64,000 bases of DNA from Podarcis liolepis (lineage: Eukaryota), in assembly GCA_965112155.1 (NCBI GenBank), contig OZ218098.1; one strand, given 5' to 3'. A model generated the notes under the pieces. That model ran no database searches, was not told the origin of the DNA, and saw only the letters and a program-made list of their open reading frames with translations. Position 1 is the first letter of the stretch; each line of letters starts with the position of its first letter. Position numbers and translations under genes: made by a program. Positions 27,085 to 38,378 of this stretch are shown one piece after another.

Positions 27085-29059
27085 GTAAGAAATGTACATA
27101 ACTGGGTTTGATGTTCCTGTGTGGCAATAAGACCTCAGAGTCCCATTTCTAAAACCTATTTCTGGAAGCATTCTTAAGCATAGTGTAATGTTTTGATCAT
27201 ACCTGCCTCAACAGAGGTTTCTCTCTGTATATGTGACAATGCTTCTGTGCTGGATTTTTTGGAACAAGGGTTAGGGTAATAAAGCTTCCTGAAGGAAAAG
27301 CCTTAGTATGCTGGATATTGCCTGTCACTGTTAGCCTTCTGTAAAGTCTTGATAATTCTGTTAACATAACTGTTTGGATAGATATATGTATTATTTGAGT
27401 ATGTGGAGGAATCATTTCCTATCAAATATCTGTTAAGTGATTTTACAGTAAAAATAAAACCATTCCATATGTAAAAACAATTACAAATCCAATACAGAGA
27501 TTGTCACTTAAAAGGCTTGTTTAAAAGGGAAGGTCTTCCATAGGCAGTGGGGGGGGGGGAACCATAGAGATGGAGTCTTCCTGATATGTAATGATTGGTT
27601 ATGCCAATCATATCGTTTCTGAAGATAGAAAATAATGAATCTTAAAGATAACGGTCAGCAGCACCTTTCTATTATTGTACGCCCAACTGGTTCTCTGGTT
27701 TTCTCGGAATCTAATGGTGATAGCTCAGTTGCATCACTAGTTCTTGGATATAAATTTAAATCCATTGTTGAGTTAAATAATTAAGTATTGCAGAGCGAAC
27801 TCAAACGAGCAGCTCTGTGCAGTTGTGAAAATCATGGATTTGTGATCATTTTAAAGATCCTTTATAAAATTACCTTGCTGCCCTGACAACGATTGCCATG
27901 ACAACTATGCAACCCTAATTAAAAAGATGAAAGGAATTGCTAGGGCTGAGCCAGATGTCCTCCAGTGAATATTTTTGACATGCAAAAGGGGCTTCACCAC
28001 CTCCAATTGTTAGATTAAAGAGTCCCCCCAAGCTTACATTTTTAAACTTGGTTTGTAGTCCTAATCAGCTACAGAATTGGTGTCACTTTTTATTTGAAAG
28101 ATAACCCTTTCCTACCTAGCAGCAGTGACATAGATATGCAGCTATTCAGATTTGGCTACATGACATCACTTAGGGTAAATGAAGTTAATTTAGCTTTAGA
28201 GTGATGTTACAGTCACTAGAATGGATAATAAATGGCAATGAAGTTGCAGCTTCATTGGGGTCTGCAACAGGGTTGCTGCCATCTGAATGATGGTAGGTGG
28301 AATATACATGGACACTACCTGTGTTTTGGTTGGGGGCATCTACTTCCCTTCCTCTAGGTGTGGTCTGCTGGCAGAATTAAAGTCTTTTCTGGTGTGAGTG
28401 CCACCAGAAATCGACCAGCAGTCAGATTGGTGGATCAGGGCTGACATTTATTTTACTGTTAGTTTATTTCATTTCAAAACATTTATAGGCTGAATTTAGG
28501 AGTAAAACTCTCAAGGTGGCTTCAATAATTATGGAGTAAAATATCAACAGTACTTTCCAAACACCAAACAATACTCAATCTAGCAGTATGAAAAACCCAG
28601 CCCCCCAAAAGAAACCTTAACTGTAACCAAAACCATCAGCAACAAGAGAAAACAATAAACAAAACTAAATACACATTCTATCTGCTCTTTCGTCATAAAA
28701 ACTTAGAAGTTGCTTAAACCAGTGACTAGTGAAAAGTGGTCTTGGGGAGAGTGAATTGGGATAAGAGTGCAGCATCTCCATTCATAAGTACTGGTTGATT
28801 TCTTGGGGAAAGGTACATTTTATGTACAGATCTGAAGCTCCTTGGTTTTTTGAAGATGTCCACACTTTCCCTAGTAGTTTGTTTATAGAATGAAACCTGG
28901 GTTGATTTTGGAAAGCTGGAAGTTTAGAGTCAAGAACTTCAGCTCTCCTGTTTAAACTTAATTTTTCCTGTTTTTATTTTGTTTTGTTTTTGGATGTTTG
29001 CTGCAAAAGGAATGAATGTGATGTACCCTTCATAATGGTGCTTTACTTTCTTTCTGTAG

Positions 29060-29289
29060 TATGTCAGATGATGAACAAGAAAGTGACACTGTGGATGGTT
29101 CTCCCAGTTCAGAGTCTTCAGGCCACGACAGTCCATTCCTAGAAAATAGTTTTGCAGAAGACACCAATGAAAACCCAGAAACAAGAACCTCAGCTAACTT
29201 GGAAGCCAAACCAGCTGTCTGTACTGTGGTGGTGCCACCAATGAGGATAGAGAACAGGTTAAATGCAGATGAGCAAATTACAAATGCAG
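29060..29289 (+). CDS. HIPK3: HIPK3 exon 14 (acidic/PEST-like)
   Basis: ttctgtag| MSDDEQESDTVDGSPSSESSGHDSPF...NADEQITNA |gtaatt; 230 bp, phase 2 to 1. Confidence 0.94.
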
Positions 29290-29619
29290 GTAATTGGTGC
29301 TTATGTGTTTTCTGTGCTGGCCACGTTTTGTTCAATGTAGATTACATGAATGGGGGACCACCTGGGTAACAGATCATTTCCTGTCTCTTCTCCTGTATCC
29401 TCAAAAACCCTCTCTGTGGGGGGGGGGACTCCGGAGAGGTTTTTGGGGGTGCACTTCCCCCCTGAACCAATAATAATATGGGATGTGTGTGGTTTGTTAT
29501 CTTCTCCCTTGAATGTTCTAATGTTTTACAGTTTTAATGTTTACCATTAAGATGAATAAAGTGAAAACATTAGAAGCAACCCTGATGTATCCTATGTTGA
29601 TCTTTTCATATTTTGCTAG

Positions 29620-29747
29620 TTACCACCTGTCAACCACTGGTAAAACGCCGATCTGCCCGTATAAAAACAAACCATCCTTCTGGCTTGGGCAATCGTCAAC
29701 GAAAATTGATATCAGCATTCCATCAGCAGCACTCAAACCTCAGTCAG
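29620..29747 (+). CDS. HIPK3: HIPK3 exon 15
   Basis: ttttgctag| (V)TTCQPLVKRRSARIKTNHPSGLGNRQRKLISAFHQQHSNLSQ |gtatgt; 128 bp; phases 1 to 0 match both neighbours. Confidence 0.9.
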
Positions 29748-31879
29748 GTATGTATGTAAATATTGCAATGTAGAGATATTTAGTTCAGATATTTTAATGT
29801 TGAAATCTACTGCACACACATGACTCAAACCCATCCCCACTACTTCATCTATCTTTCATTCTGACCTTTGTTAACTATAATTTTAATCAAATTAACCAAA
29901 GAGAAACTTTTAGACTGGTTGAGATATCAGGTAGAGACAATTAACATGCAGTATGCTGGGCTTCCTTGAAGTCTAAATAGCAACTGCAGTGCACACATAG
30001 TTTGATATCCCAGTTCCTGATGATGGAGTAGACCACTACAAACATATGACATAAATCTTCCAGAGTCTGCATTTGACACTCTATTTCTTTTCTAGCGTAA
30101 CACAAGATTCTGGTTTGGACATAAAGCTCTAAATGGCTTTGAACCTACCTATCTAAGGGGCTGCCACTCTTCTGTAGATGCTTTCCTGAGGATACCTTTT
30201 ACACACCAGATAATACTGAGGACTAGTACAGTGGTATTTTCTGTGAATGTTGCGAGTGGTTAAGCATACAGCAAGAAATTGTATCTACACCTACATTTTG
30301 GGCGATATTCTGTGAATGAGTCCTGTCAGTGCAAGCATTTCACAATGGGATTCCCTCCCTTCTCTGCCTGTGTAGGCCCATGTCCTCACCGAGTCTGTTC
30401 CAGAGAGCTGGAAACAGATTTGGTGGGTGGGAGGAGAGGGCTATAACTTCCCATTTCCCAAGCAGAAATGTTTGCGCCGACAGAACGTTTTCCTTAGTGC
30501 TTTCTTTGATTCCATCCATTGTGTTCAAGTCTGAGAGCTCCTTCAAAAAGTTGTGTAGGAGCTGCTCCTTCATAGTTATAATGTTTTTTTCTTAAACAAG
30601 AAAGAGGCTTTAAACAAAGCCATTGAGAAAAGTTAATTTAATTCAAATACTGGCTCTGGCAATACCTTGAAAGGCCGCAGTATATGTGACATGACCACAA
30701 CGGCATGGATAAGTGGGACTTGTGTGATTTGCCCTACTTGCGTAGTTGTGGTATTTACATTGGGACATACAAACATGCATACACATATACCATAGTTGTG
30801 TAGGAGAACACACACACAAATAGTATGGTTCATTTGAATGTGAAAGTGGGCCAAAGTCTAAGTGTTACCCATTAAGTTTTGTTTTGTTTAAGCATATTTG
30901 CTGGTGCTTTGGATCAGTGTGGATCTGGTTTATTCATGCATTCATTTGTGTTTTGTGCTACAAAATTTGTGACTTATGTGTGCTTGTTTTCAACTCATAG
31001 ATAAGTTTTCTAGAAGTCTCATGACTGTATTGAGAAGCATAACTTATAAATTGGTTATTCATATATTCATGAGTTCGTAGATTCCTTTGAAAAAATCTAG
31101 TTAAAATTCTCTCATTGTATTTCCATATATAGGTGTGCACAATATCATTTGTGATGTTACATATAGATTGGTTTTAAGGGGCAGGATTCAAGAGAGAAAC
31201 TTCAAAACTAATATAGTCAAATTTACCTGAAGGTATTCTGAACTTCCTCTCCTATTGCATCACATATCCAGTGTCAGATAATGCGATCAATAATTCATAT
31301 AAAAAGCTTTGAGCTTCTTAATTCATAATGCCATACATCATAGTCTGTAAATTGTTCTTATAATAGGGGACATTAACTGTTGGCTCTCAATCCGTTCACA
31401 TGAGAGGTCTTGTCTAATTCCCAGTTGCCAGAACTATTTTGTTTTCCACTTTCCACCAGTCCCAACATTATAAAATGGGGTGGAACAGAAGATAGGCTGT
31501 TCTTCCTGTCACAGTATGAGGATTTTGGGGTCACCAGGTTCAGAATAGGAGAAAAAACACGACTGCACACAATGGATTTGGATTTGCAAATGAAAGAGCT
31601 CCTTCCATTCACAGGCAGAACTGTGATTTAGTGGAGGCTTCTGTTGGGGGGGGGGGAGAAGAAGGGAAGCAATTTTCCAATTTCTCCTTCCCCTGGAGCC
31701 TTCAGTGCCGCCTCTCACATGGTTCCAGAGGGTCCTCCAACTCTCTAGGATAGCTTTTCAGAGGGCTGTAGAGGGACAGACATAAGTAAAAATTGCCTGC
31801 TCCCCCCTTCAGTGGGAATATTCTATGATCAAAGTTTCACTTAGAGAAACTCTGGATCCAGGTCAACAAATATTAAAAT

Positions 31880-32349
31880 TAGGAGCTGTAATTGCTGCAA
31901 TACGTGTTGACCAACACTAATTTGCATGGCTTTAAAAAGGAATGGACAAATTCAAGGTGGATAATTCCATCAGGCTATTCCAATCCTAACTAGATGGAAA
32001 CTCTATATTCAAAGATGATACACCTCTGAGTACCAGATGGTGGGGACAAACGGAGGATGCTTTTTCTCATGCCTTGCTTCTAATATTCTCAGAAGCATCT
32101 AGCCCAGGTGTCTTCAAGCTTTTCAGACCCACGACCCACTTCCAACCCAAACATGCATTTGGGGACCCATCACTTAACCTTTTACCATATATTTGCATGG
32201 TGATAGCGCTCCTGTTGTGTGACCCACCTTGGGTCAGGCTGTGACCCACAAGTATGGGGTTGAAGACCACTGATCTAGCTGACCATTTAGGGGAACAAAA
32301 TTCCAAACGAGACGACCCCTTGGTTTGATCCAGCAGCGTAGTTCTTATG
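31880..32349 (+). mobile_element. CR1 3' fragment split by a hAT MITE
   Basis: ATGGCTTTAAAAAGGAATGGACAAATTC...; tail TTGGTTTGATCCAGCAGCGTAGTTCTTATG, similar to the tail at ~16480-16508. Confidence 0.7.
32105..32272. mobile_element. hAT MITE
   Basis: Ends CAGGTGTCTTCAA / TTGAAGACCACTG; TSD ATCTAGCC/ATCTAGCT; internal GACCCAC repeats. Confidence 0.85.
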
Positions 32350-32530
32350 ATTGTGGGGTGGTGGGCATATATGACCACAAGGAGGTGGAGGAAGCCCATC
32401 CCCAAAGATGTTTCAGGCAGCGCTGGTGGAAACAGAAGAAAGATTGTTTAGATGTGATAGCTGTCCACTTTGGAGACTGGGGAATATTGTATTTACTGCT
32501 TGAAATTAACTGCAGTTTCTCTTGAGACAG

Positions 32531-33004
32531 GTTCAACACTTTGGATCTGGGTCTCAGGAGTGGAATGGAAACTGTGGTCATTGGAGACAGCAGGCTTATA
32601 TCCCAGCTAATGTTGCCAGTCATGCATTCTCCCTTCAACATGGAAGTCCCACTCATACCTCAGTCCATGCACATTTGGCCGGAAGTACACATCTTGGAGG
32701 ACAGCCTGCTATTCTGCCGTATCCATCATCTGCGCCCCTCACTACTGCTGCTCCCGTTGCCCACATCCTAGCCTCACCATGTACCTCAAGACCGATCTTA
32801 CAGCATCCCACTTACAGTATCTCTCATCACGGTGGCCTAGTTCACCAGGTCCCAGTGGGCATAAATCCCCGACTGCTACCTTCCCCAACCATCCACCAGA
32901 CTCAGTACAAACCAATTTTCCCACCACATTCTTACATTGCATCACCTGCTTACACAGGATTTCCATTGAGTCCAACGAAACTCAGCCAGTATCCATTTAT
33001 GTGA
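32531..33004 (+). CDS. HIPK3: HIPK3 last coding exon (YH-rich C-terminus)
   Basis: gagacag| VQHFGSGSQEWNGNCGHWRQQAY...SPAYTGFPLSPTKLSQYPFM, TGA at 33002-33004; typical HIPK C-terminus. Confidence 0.97.
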   Translation, partial: VQHFGSGSQEWNGNCGHWRQQAYIPANVASHAFSLQHGSPTHTSVHAHLAGSTHLGGQPAILPYPSSAPLTTAAPVAHILASPCTSRPILQHPTYSISHHGGLVHQVPVGINPRLLPSPTIHQTQYKPIFPPHSYIASPAYTGFPLSPTKLSQYPFM

Positions 33005-34917
33005 GAACTCAAGTACGCTGACAGAGCTCAGTGATACATACATGTGATTTGAGAGGAAAACATGGTATTTAATAAATATTAGCCATGGCACAACAAAAAG
33101 ATATTTTTTTTAATCATGTTAGACTTGGGTGCAATTTAAACAACCTTGAGCTTTAACTCACTTTTAATGTGTTTTTGCACATTTGGTATAAATTTGTCTT
33201 TAGTCATGTTATCTTCTTATAGAGTAACTCCAGACAGGTGACTTATGGGAGCAGAAATCCAGTTTTGCTCCTACTATTTTTTATAAAATTGCCTTCTAAC
33301 TAGTGCGAGACACGTCTACATTTGGGAAGCCATTGAGTGTACAGATTTAGAGCAACAGATGCACATGTGTCATCAGTATCATGTATGAGTAACTTGTTTG
33401 TATTATGTATCTTGGTGTTCAGTGTCGAGTCACTTATCTAAAAAAGGTTGAGCTGTTCTTCACATTGCATGTGTCCTTTGCATGGGCAAAAACAAAGTTG
33501 CCTAGAAATTTGCTCTTAAATGTTGGTGTCCTAATAATCTCAGCTGCATTGTAAACTGTTCCCACACATAGTGCCTTAAATATTTGAGGTTGTTAATGTT
33601 ACTATATTATAAATGTTGAGGACTGCAGCACTTAACATTCAGTTTTGCTGATTATTTCATAGAGTTATGCGCTCTCTCTCTTTCTTTTTTTATTTGTGCG
33701 TGGTATGATTTTAGTATAGGTTGTGATTTCTTTATCTAGGGGACAGCATGTTTTGCTGTAGCTGAATTCTGCTGTCTGATATTTCCCCCCGAATGATCAG
33801 CTTCACGGAAAGCATTTTGTAGTTCATAGGAAAAGTTGATTCAGTAGCTGTTGAATTAAAAAAATGGTGTTTTATACTGTTCAGTGGAACTGCAATACAA
33901 TCTAAGTAGTTTATTTTCAAAGTGTTTAAGTCCAACTGGATTTTAATAACCTGTTAGAGGTGCAGTAGGCATGACTTGGCTAGATTATGAAAGAAAAAAG
34001 CAAAATGCTCATTGATTCATGCTGTGGTTTCATCTTAGCTTGAGCAAACCATGCAGTATTTAATAAATAGTAGCAGAATATTTACTATTGAAGCTTGAAA
34101 AGGTGTGAGTACTTTGTGTGCAATTTTTCATTTATGCATGGGAGAGATTTTAGCCTTTTTACATTCTAGTATTTGTTCTAGCCTTTTTTGGGGGTGGGGG
34201 TATTTTCTTATTTAATACATTCCGTCAGGGACAACAAATTACATGCATTTTCCCCTCTAGGAAGTGCATCATTTCTGTGTGTGTGTGTGTGTTTTTGTTC
34301 TTGTTCAAATAAGATTGCTTTTGCAGCACCAAAGACTTAATCATCCATTTCCTATTAAAAGGTAGCTACTTTTTTCATAGACCTCAAGTGTAGTGATAGG
34401 GATGGGTTTTAAAAGGAGGGTATTAAAGTGAGGTTGTGTTTTAGCTTATGAGGCAAGTAATAAATTGTATCATCTATCTTGAATGTATCATAGATAAGCT
34501 GCTATATAATGATTGCCACTTCAGATAGCTGTGAAATTAGGTGATTTAACTAGTTCTTACCCTTCTAATTTCTGTATAAGTCTAATGACATGAAATGGAA
34601 GTATGGGGTTGATTTTGTTTTTGTTTGCTTTCATGTTTGGAGTGTTGTAACTACTATATTGTAAATGATGGAAGACAATTGCGTATGTTATTTTGGGGTG
34701 TGTTATTTGCATCAGTATTTTATCTCCATTAACTATCATTGCATATAAATGGGTGTATCCATGTAATTTAATTTGTATTTGTTCATATTGACATTGTGTA
34801 GACACTTAAGAAAACTATCTTGGTGGCTTGACTTAACTTTTTTTTTTATAAACAAAGATTCTGGAATACAGTTATTGCAGCATAGACTGGAATAGGAGTG
34901 CAAAGGGTTTCTCTCAA

Positions 34918-35003
34918 GCACAATCCTAGGCATGTTTACTTAAAAGTAATTCCCACAGAGTTCAGTGGGCATTACTTCTAGGAAAGTGTGAGGATTGCAG
35001 CCT
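34918..35003. mobile_element. Short palindromic MITE inside the HIPK3 3'UTR
   Basis: CAATCCT...AAGTAATTCCCAC-loop-GTGGGCATTACTT...AGGATTG; a related degenerate copy at ~4897-4983. Confidence 0.6.
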
Positions 35004-36669
35004 CAGCAGTCTAACAGCTGATAGAGTTTTTCTTTGTTCCATTAACACAAGCAGTGTTTTATTTAATGAATGTCTAAGTGGAAAAAATGTGCCTACATTT
35101 GATTTACTTTTCAGGACTGAAATACAGCAGTATTAGTTGACAAAAACCAAAACCAGCAGTACATTTTAACGGCTGAATATGGAAATAAACCCTAACCCTT
35201 TCTCACAACTCTTAGGCCACAGTCAGAGAGCTGCAGCTTTGCATGACCAGGTGGGGCTTTTAAAAAAAGCGCCCTGTGTCATGTACCCCCCCCCAAAAAA
35301 AAATCACTTCTGAAAGTTGGAAAAGCTTAAAACCCAGCTTTGTGATAATGGCATGGGAGAGTTGCTGTTCAGATGAAAAGAGTGACAAGTCCCACTGAGT
35401 GCAGACATGCCCTAAAGGAGTATTCTGGGTTTTTTCATAAACAGTTTTATGTGTTTTGTAGAAATACAAATGTGTCTCTATCAAATAAAGACAAGAATAA
35501 CGTGTTCTAATTTGAAACCTTTTCAGCATATATTGAAGCAGATGGAATCAAGAAAATAATCAAGCAGATTTTGTCATGTTCCTTAATGTTTATGGTTCAG
35601 TAAATTCCTTTTTTCTGTTAACTCCTTGGTGTTGAGAATGGCATTTCTTGGTGCTTATCTCCATTGCTGGCAGTGGACGCATCAGGAGCCATGAGCACCA
35701 GAAGTTAGCTTACTTTTTCTATAATTGTCACCAAATAAAAATAAAAATAAAAATGTATTCTCTTAATTTACTTGGACCTGTCTTGCTCTGTAGAGTATTT
35801 ACTATGTTTTAAATTGTGTTTGGGATACAAAGCTAATGTACTTGATACATTACACCATGTCAAACATAGAACTGCTTCTAAGAGTAATACCCCAAAGGTA
35901 GCCTCTGACTCCTAGCATATTGCAAAAGAGCAAATATTTTTTACTTTTCAGAAGTGATAAATTAAGTTCTGCCACAATCAGCACTGAGCATAATGTGCTA
36001 CTCAACAACCAGTTCTGCAATGAGCATTGCAGTGAAGGACTAGATCTTCTGCCCTCTCTCAGGCTATACTCTGCAGTTGCACAGCAAAACAGTTCTGTTG
36101 ACTTTGGTTGCAGCGGAATAATTTAGCTGTGGGATAACCTACTTATGGTTGCTGTGGCTTTAGGAGGGCTAAGAGTCTGTCCAGACAAAAAATTGGTGTG
36201 AATCTATGGTCAAAGTAATCCCATATATACATCTTATTCTTCTGATGCCTTTTAAATAAAACACTGCACGATAACAAAATTGCATACGATTTTTAATTTG
36301 GAAATTTAATTTTTATATGAATCCCTTGTATTCGGTTTTTAACTTTAATTCAGGGTGTGTTATTGATCAAATATACTACTGTATTAACTAATTATTTTAT
36401 TTTTAATTTTCAAATATTCTGTATTTACAGCTAATTTTAACTTGGTTTGTGTTCGGTAAATGCTAAAATCACACTGCAAGCTGTAGAAAGATTTGTTTTA
36501 GAACTAATATAGATTTGGTTACTAAGTTTGAACTGTTACAGTTTAACAATTATTTGTAGACTTGTGGCTTTTTTGTTCTTGATTTCTGTGCTACACTAGT
36601 TTGCCATGTAGCAATTGCACTGTGCAATATTACAATAAGAGGACTGGGAAAATTTTTATGGATGTAATG

Positions 36670-36825
36670 NNNNNNNNNNNNNNNNNNNNNNNNNNNNNNN
36701 NNNNNNNNNNNNNNNNNNNNNNNNNNNNNNNNNNNNNNNNNNNNNNNNNNNNNNNNNNNNNNNNNNNNNNNNNNNNNNNNNNNNNNNNNNNNNNNNNNNN
36801 NNNNNNNNNNNNNNNNNNNNNNNNN
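36670..36825. other. Assembly gap (156 N)
   Basis: Run of N. Confidence 1.
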
Positions 36826-36828
36826 TGA

Positions 36829-36834
36829 ATTAAA
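36829..36834 (+). terminator. Candidate distal polyadenylation signal of HIPK3 (ATTAAA)
   Basis: ATTAAA just after the gap, with a downstream U-rich tract (cttttatttttatt, ~36865-36878). Confidence 0.45.
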
Positions 36835-37655
36835 ATATATATTGCAGCAAATGGAACTTGTCGGCTTTTATTTTTATTAAAGTAGATTGAGATAACTGAA
36901 AAGCTTTTCAATCTTTTCTCTAACTCTCAAGGGCTCATTTATATAAATTTCCAGTTTCACAGGATTCAGGCCACCAGCTTTATCTTAGTGATGTGATTTC
37001 CCCCCAAATAGTTTGACTGAAGTGATCTTCAAGAACATTTGAGCTTCCATTTTTGGCCAGTCAACAGAAAATGTAACTATTGGAACACATGGTGGTTTTG
37101 GACTTCATTGAAAATTGCAGCTTTTCTGACATGTAGTTCCTCTGAGATGCCAGTGGAATGGTGATGGTACAAGTTGCCAAATGGTGGGGAAAGCATTCGT
37201 CTTAAGGATGTATTGAGACATGATGCTCCAGTAGTTTATTATTTATTTCCATTGGCAATGGAATACATGTGATCTGTGTTAGAAGAGCAGACAGTCTGAT
37301 GTGGAATTGATAGAAAAGAACATCTGCTCATGTCAGTCCCATGGAGAGAATCATTGTGCTAAAAACCACAAAGTTTATTCGTAAAGCAGTTACACTTTTT
37401 TTTTGCCAAAGCTCCTAATTTTGATGAAGGATGATGAAAACATCAGGAGTGGGAGAAAGAATAGCCAGTTCCTATTTCTATTAAGGCTGCTGTGAATGTT
37501 ACATTATAATTATACCTTGTGGTGCCAACTGCATTTTAGTTCTAGGTAGCTGAAAGCCTACCTCACAAGGGAATGGTTAGTGAGAAATGGGCAGGCAGTA
37601 ACAATAGCCTATCCCCAGTATAACGTGGAAGCAAAGTGAAACTGCCATGGAAGCT

Positions 37656-37905
37656 GAAGAAGAGAAGAAGAGTTTGGATTTGATATCCCGCTTTATCACC
37701 CCCCTTTAGGAGCCTCAAAGCGGCTAACATTCTCCTTTTCCTTCCTCCCCCACAACAAACACTCTGTGAGGTGAGTGGGGCTGAGAGACTTCAGAGAAGT
37801 GTGACTAGCCCAAGGTCACCCAGCAGCTGCATGTGGAGGAGCGGAGACGCGAACCCGGTTCCCCAGATTATGAGTCCACTGCTCTTAACCACTACACCAC
37901 ACTGG
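37656..37905 (-). mobile_element. Young CORE-SINE (Squam3-type, lacertid-like)
   Basis: Minus strand CCAGTGTGGTGTAGTGGTTAAGAGCAGTGGACTC (A box), GGTTCGCGTCTCC (B box), CORE-like CTCACCTCACAGAGTGTTTGTTGTGGGG, (CTT)n tail. Confidence 0.85.
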
Positions 37906-38063
37906 AATATAATAGTTTCCTTAGGGCAAATTTCCCCATCCCCAACGACATGGACATAGATGAAGAAAAGATCTCCAAGAGATGAAGCAATTGATGTGCA
38001 GAATGTAATAGGAGATCTCTTGCCAATCCTTGTGCTATTTCCAGGTAGTAGCAAGTTATTGAT

Positions 38064-38378
38064 CAGAGGTCAGCAAACTTCAGCAGGGGGCCTGTCCCTC
38101 AGACCTTGTGTAGGGCTGGACTATATTTTGGAAAAAAATAATAATGAACGAATTCCTATTCCCCACAAATAACCCAGAGAAGCATTTCAAATAAAAGGAC
38201 ACATTCTACTCATGTAAAAACACCAGGCAGGCCTCACGAATAACCCGGAGATGCATTTTAAATCAAAGGACATATTTTACTCATGTAAAAACACGCTGAT
38301 TCCTGGACCATCAGCAGGTCGGATTGAGAAGGCGATTGGGCTGCATCCGGCCCCCAGGCCTTAGTTTGCCTACCCATG
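38064..38378 (+). mobile_element. hAT MITE family B, copy 2 (internal tandem duplication)
   Basis: Same ends as the 9171 copy; TSD TTATTGAT/CTATTGAT; the AATAACCC...TACTCATGTAAAAA block occurs twice. Confidence 0.9.

Larger units (their letters stand above)
33005..36860 (+). other. HIPK3: HIPK3 long 3'UTR (end approximate)
   Basis: AU-rich and almost repeat-free after the stop, with many miRNA seed matches. Candidate polyA signals: AATAAA x3 at 35734-35751 and ATTAAA at 36829-36834 followed by U-rich sequence. Confidence 0.7.

Noticed and set aside
30016-30050. Other CTGATGA motifs (also ~14258, ~23889, ~25913) as hammerheads or C/D snoRNAs
   Set aside because: No GAAA core with supporting stems, and no convincing C/D pair with a terminal stem.
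36601-36911. ORFs containing X runs
   Set aside because: Artefacts of the N gap.
37860-37905. tRNA-like A/B boxes as tRNA genes (also ~5850-5900)
   Set aside because: These are SINE heads followed by SINE bodies and tails; no cloverleaf.
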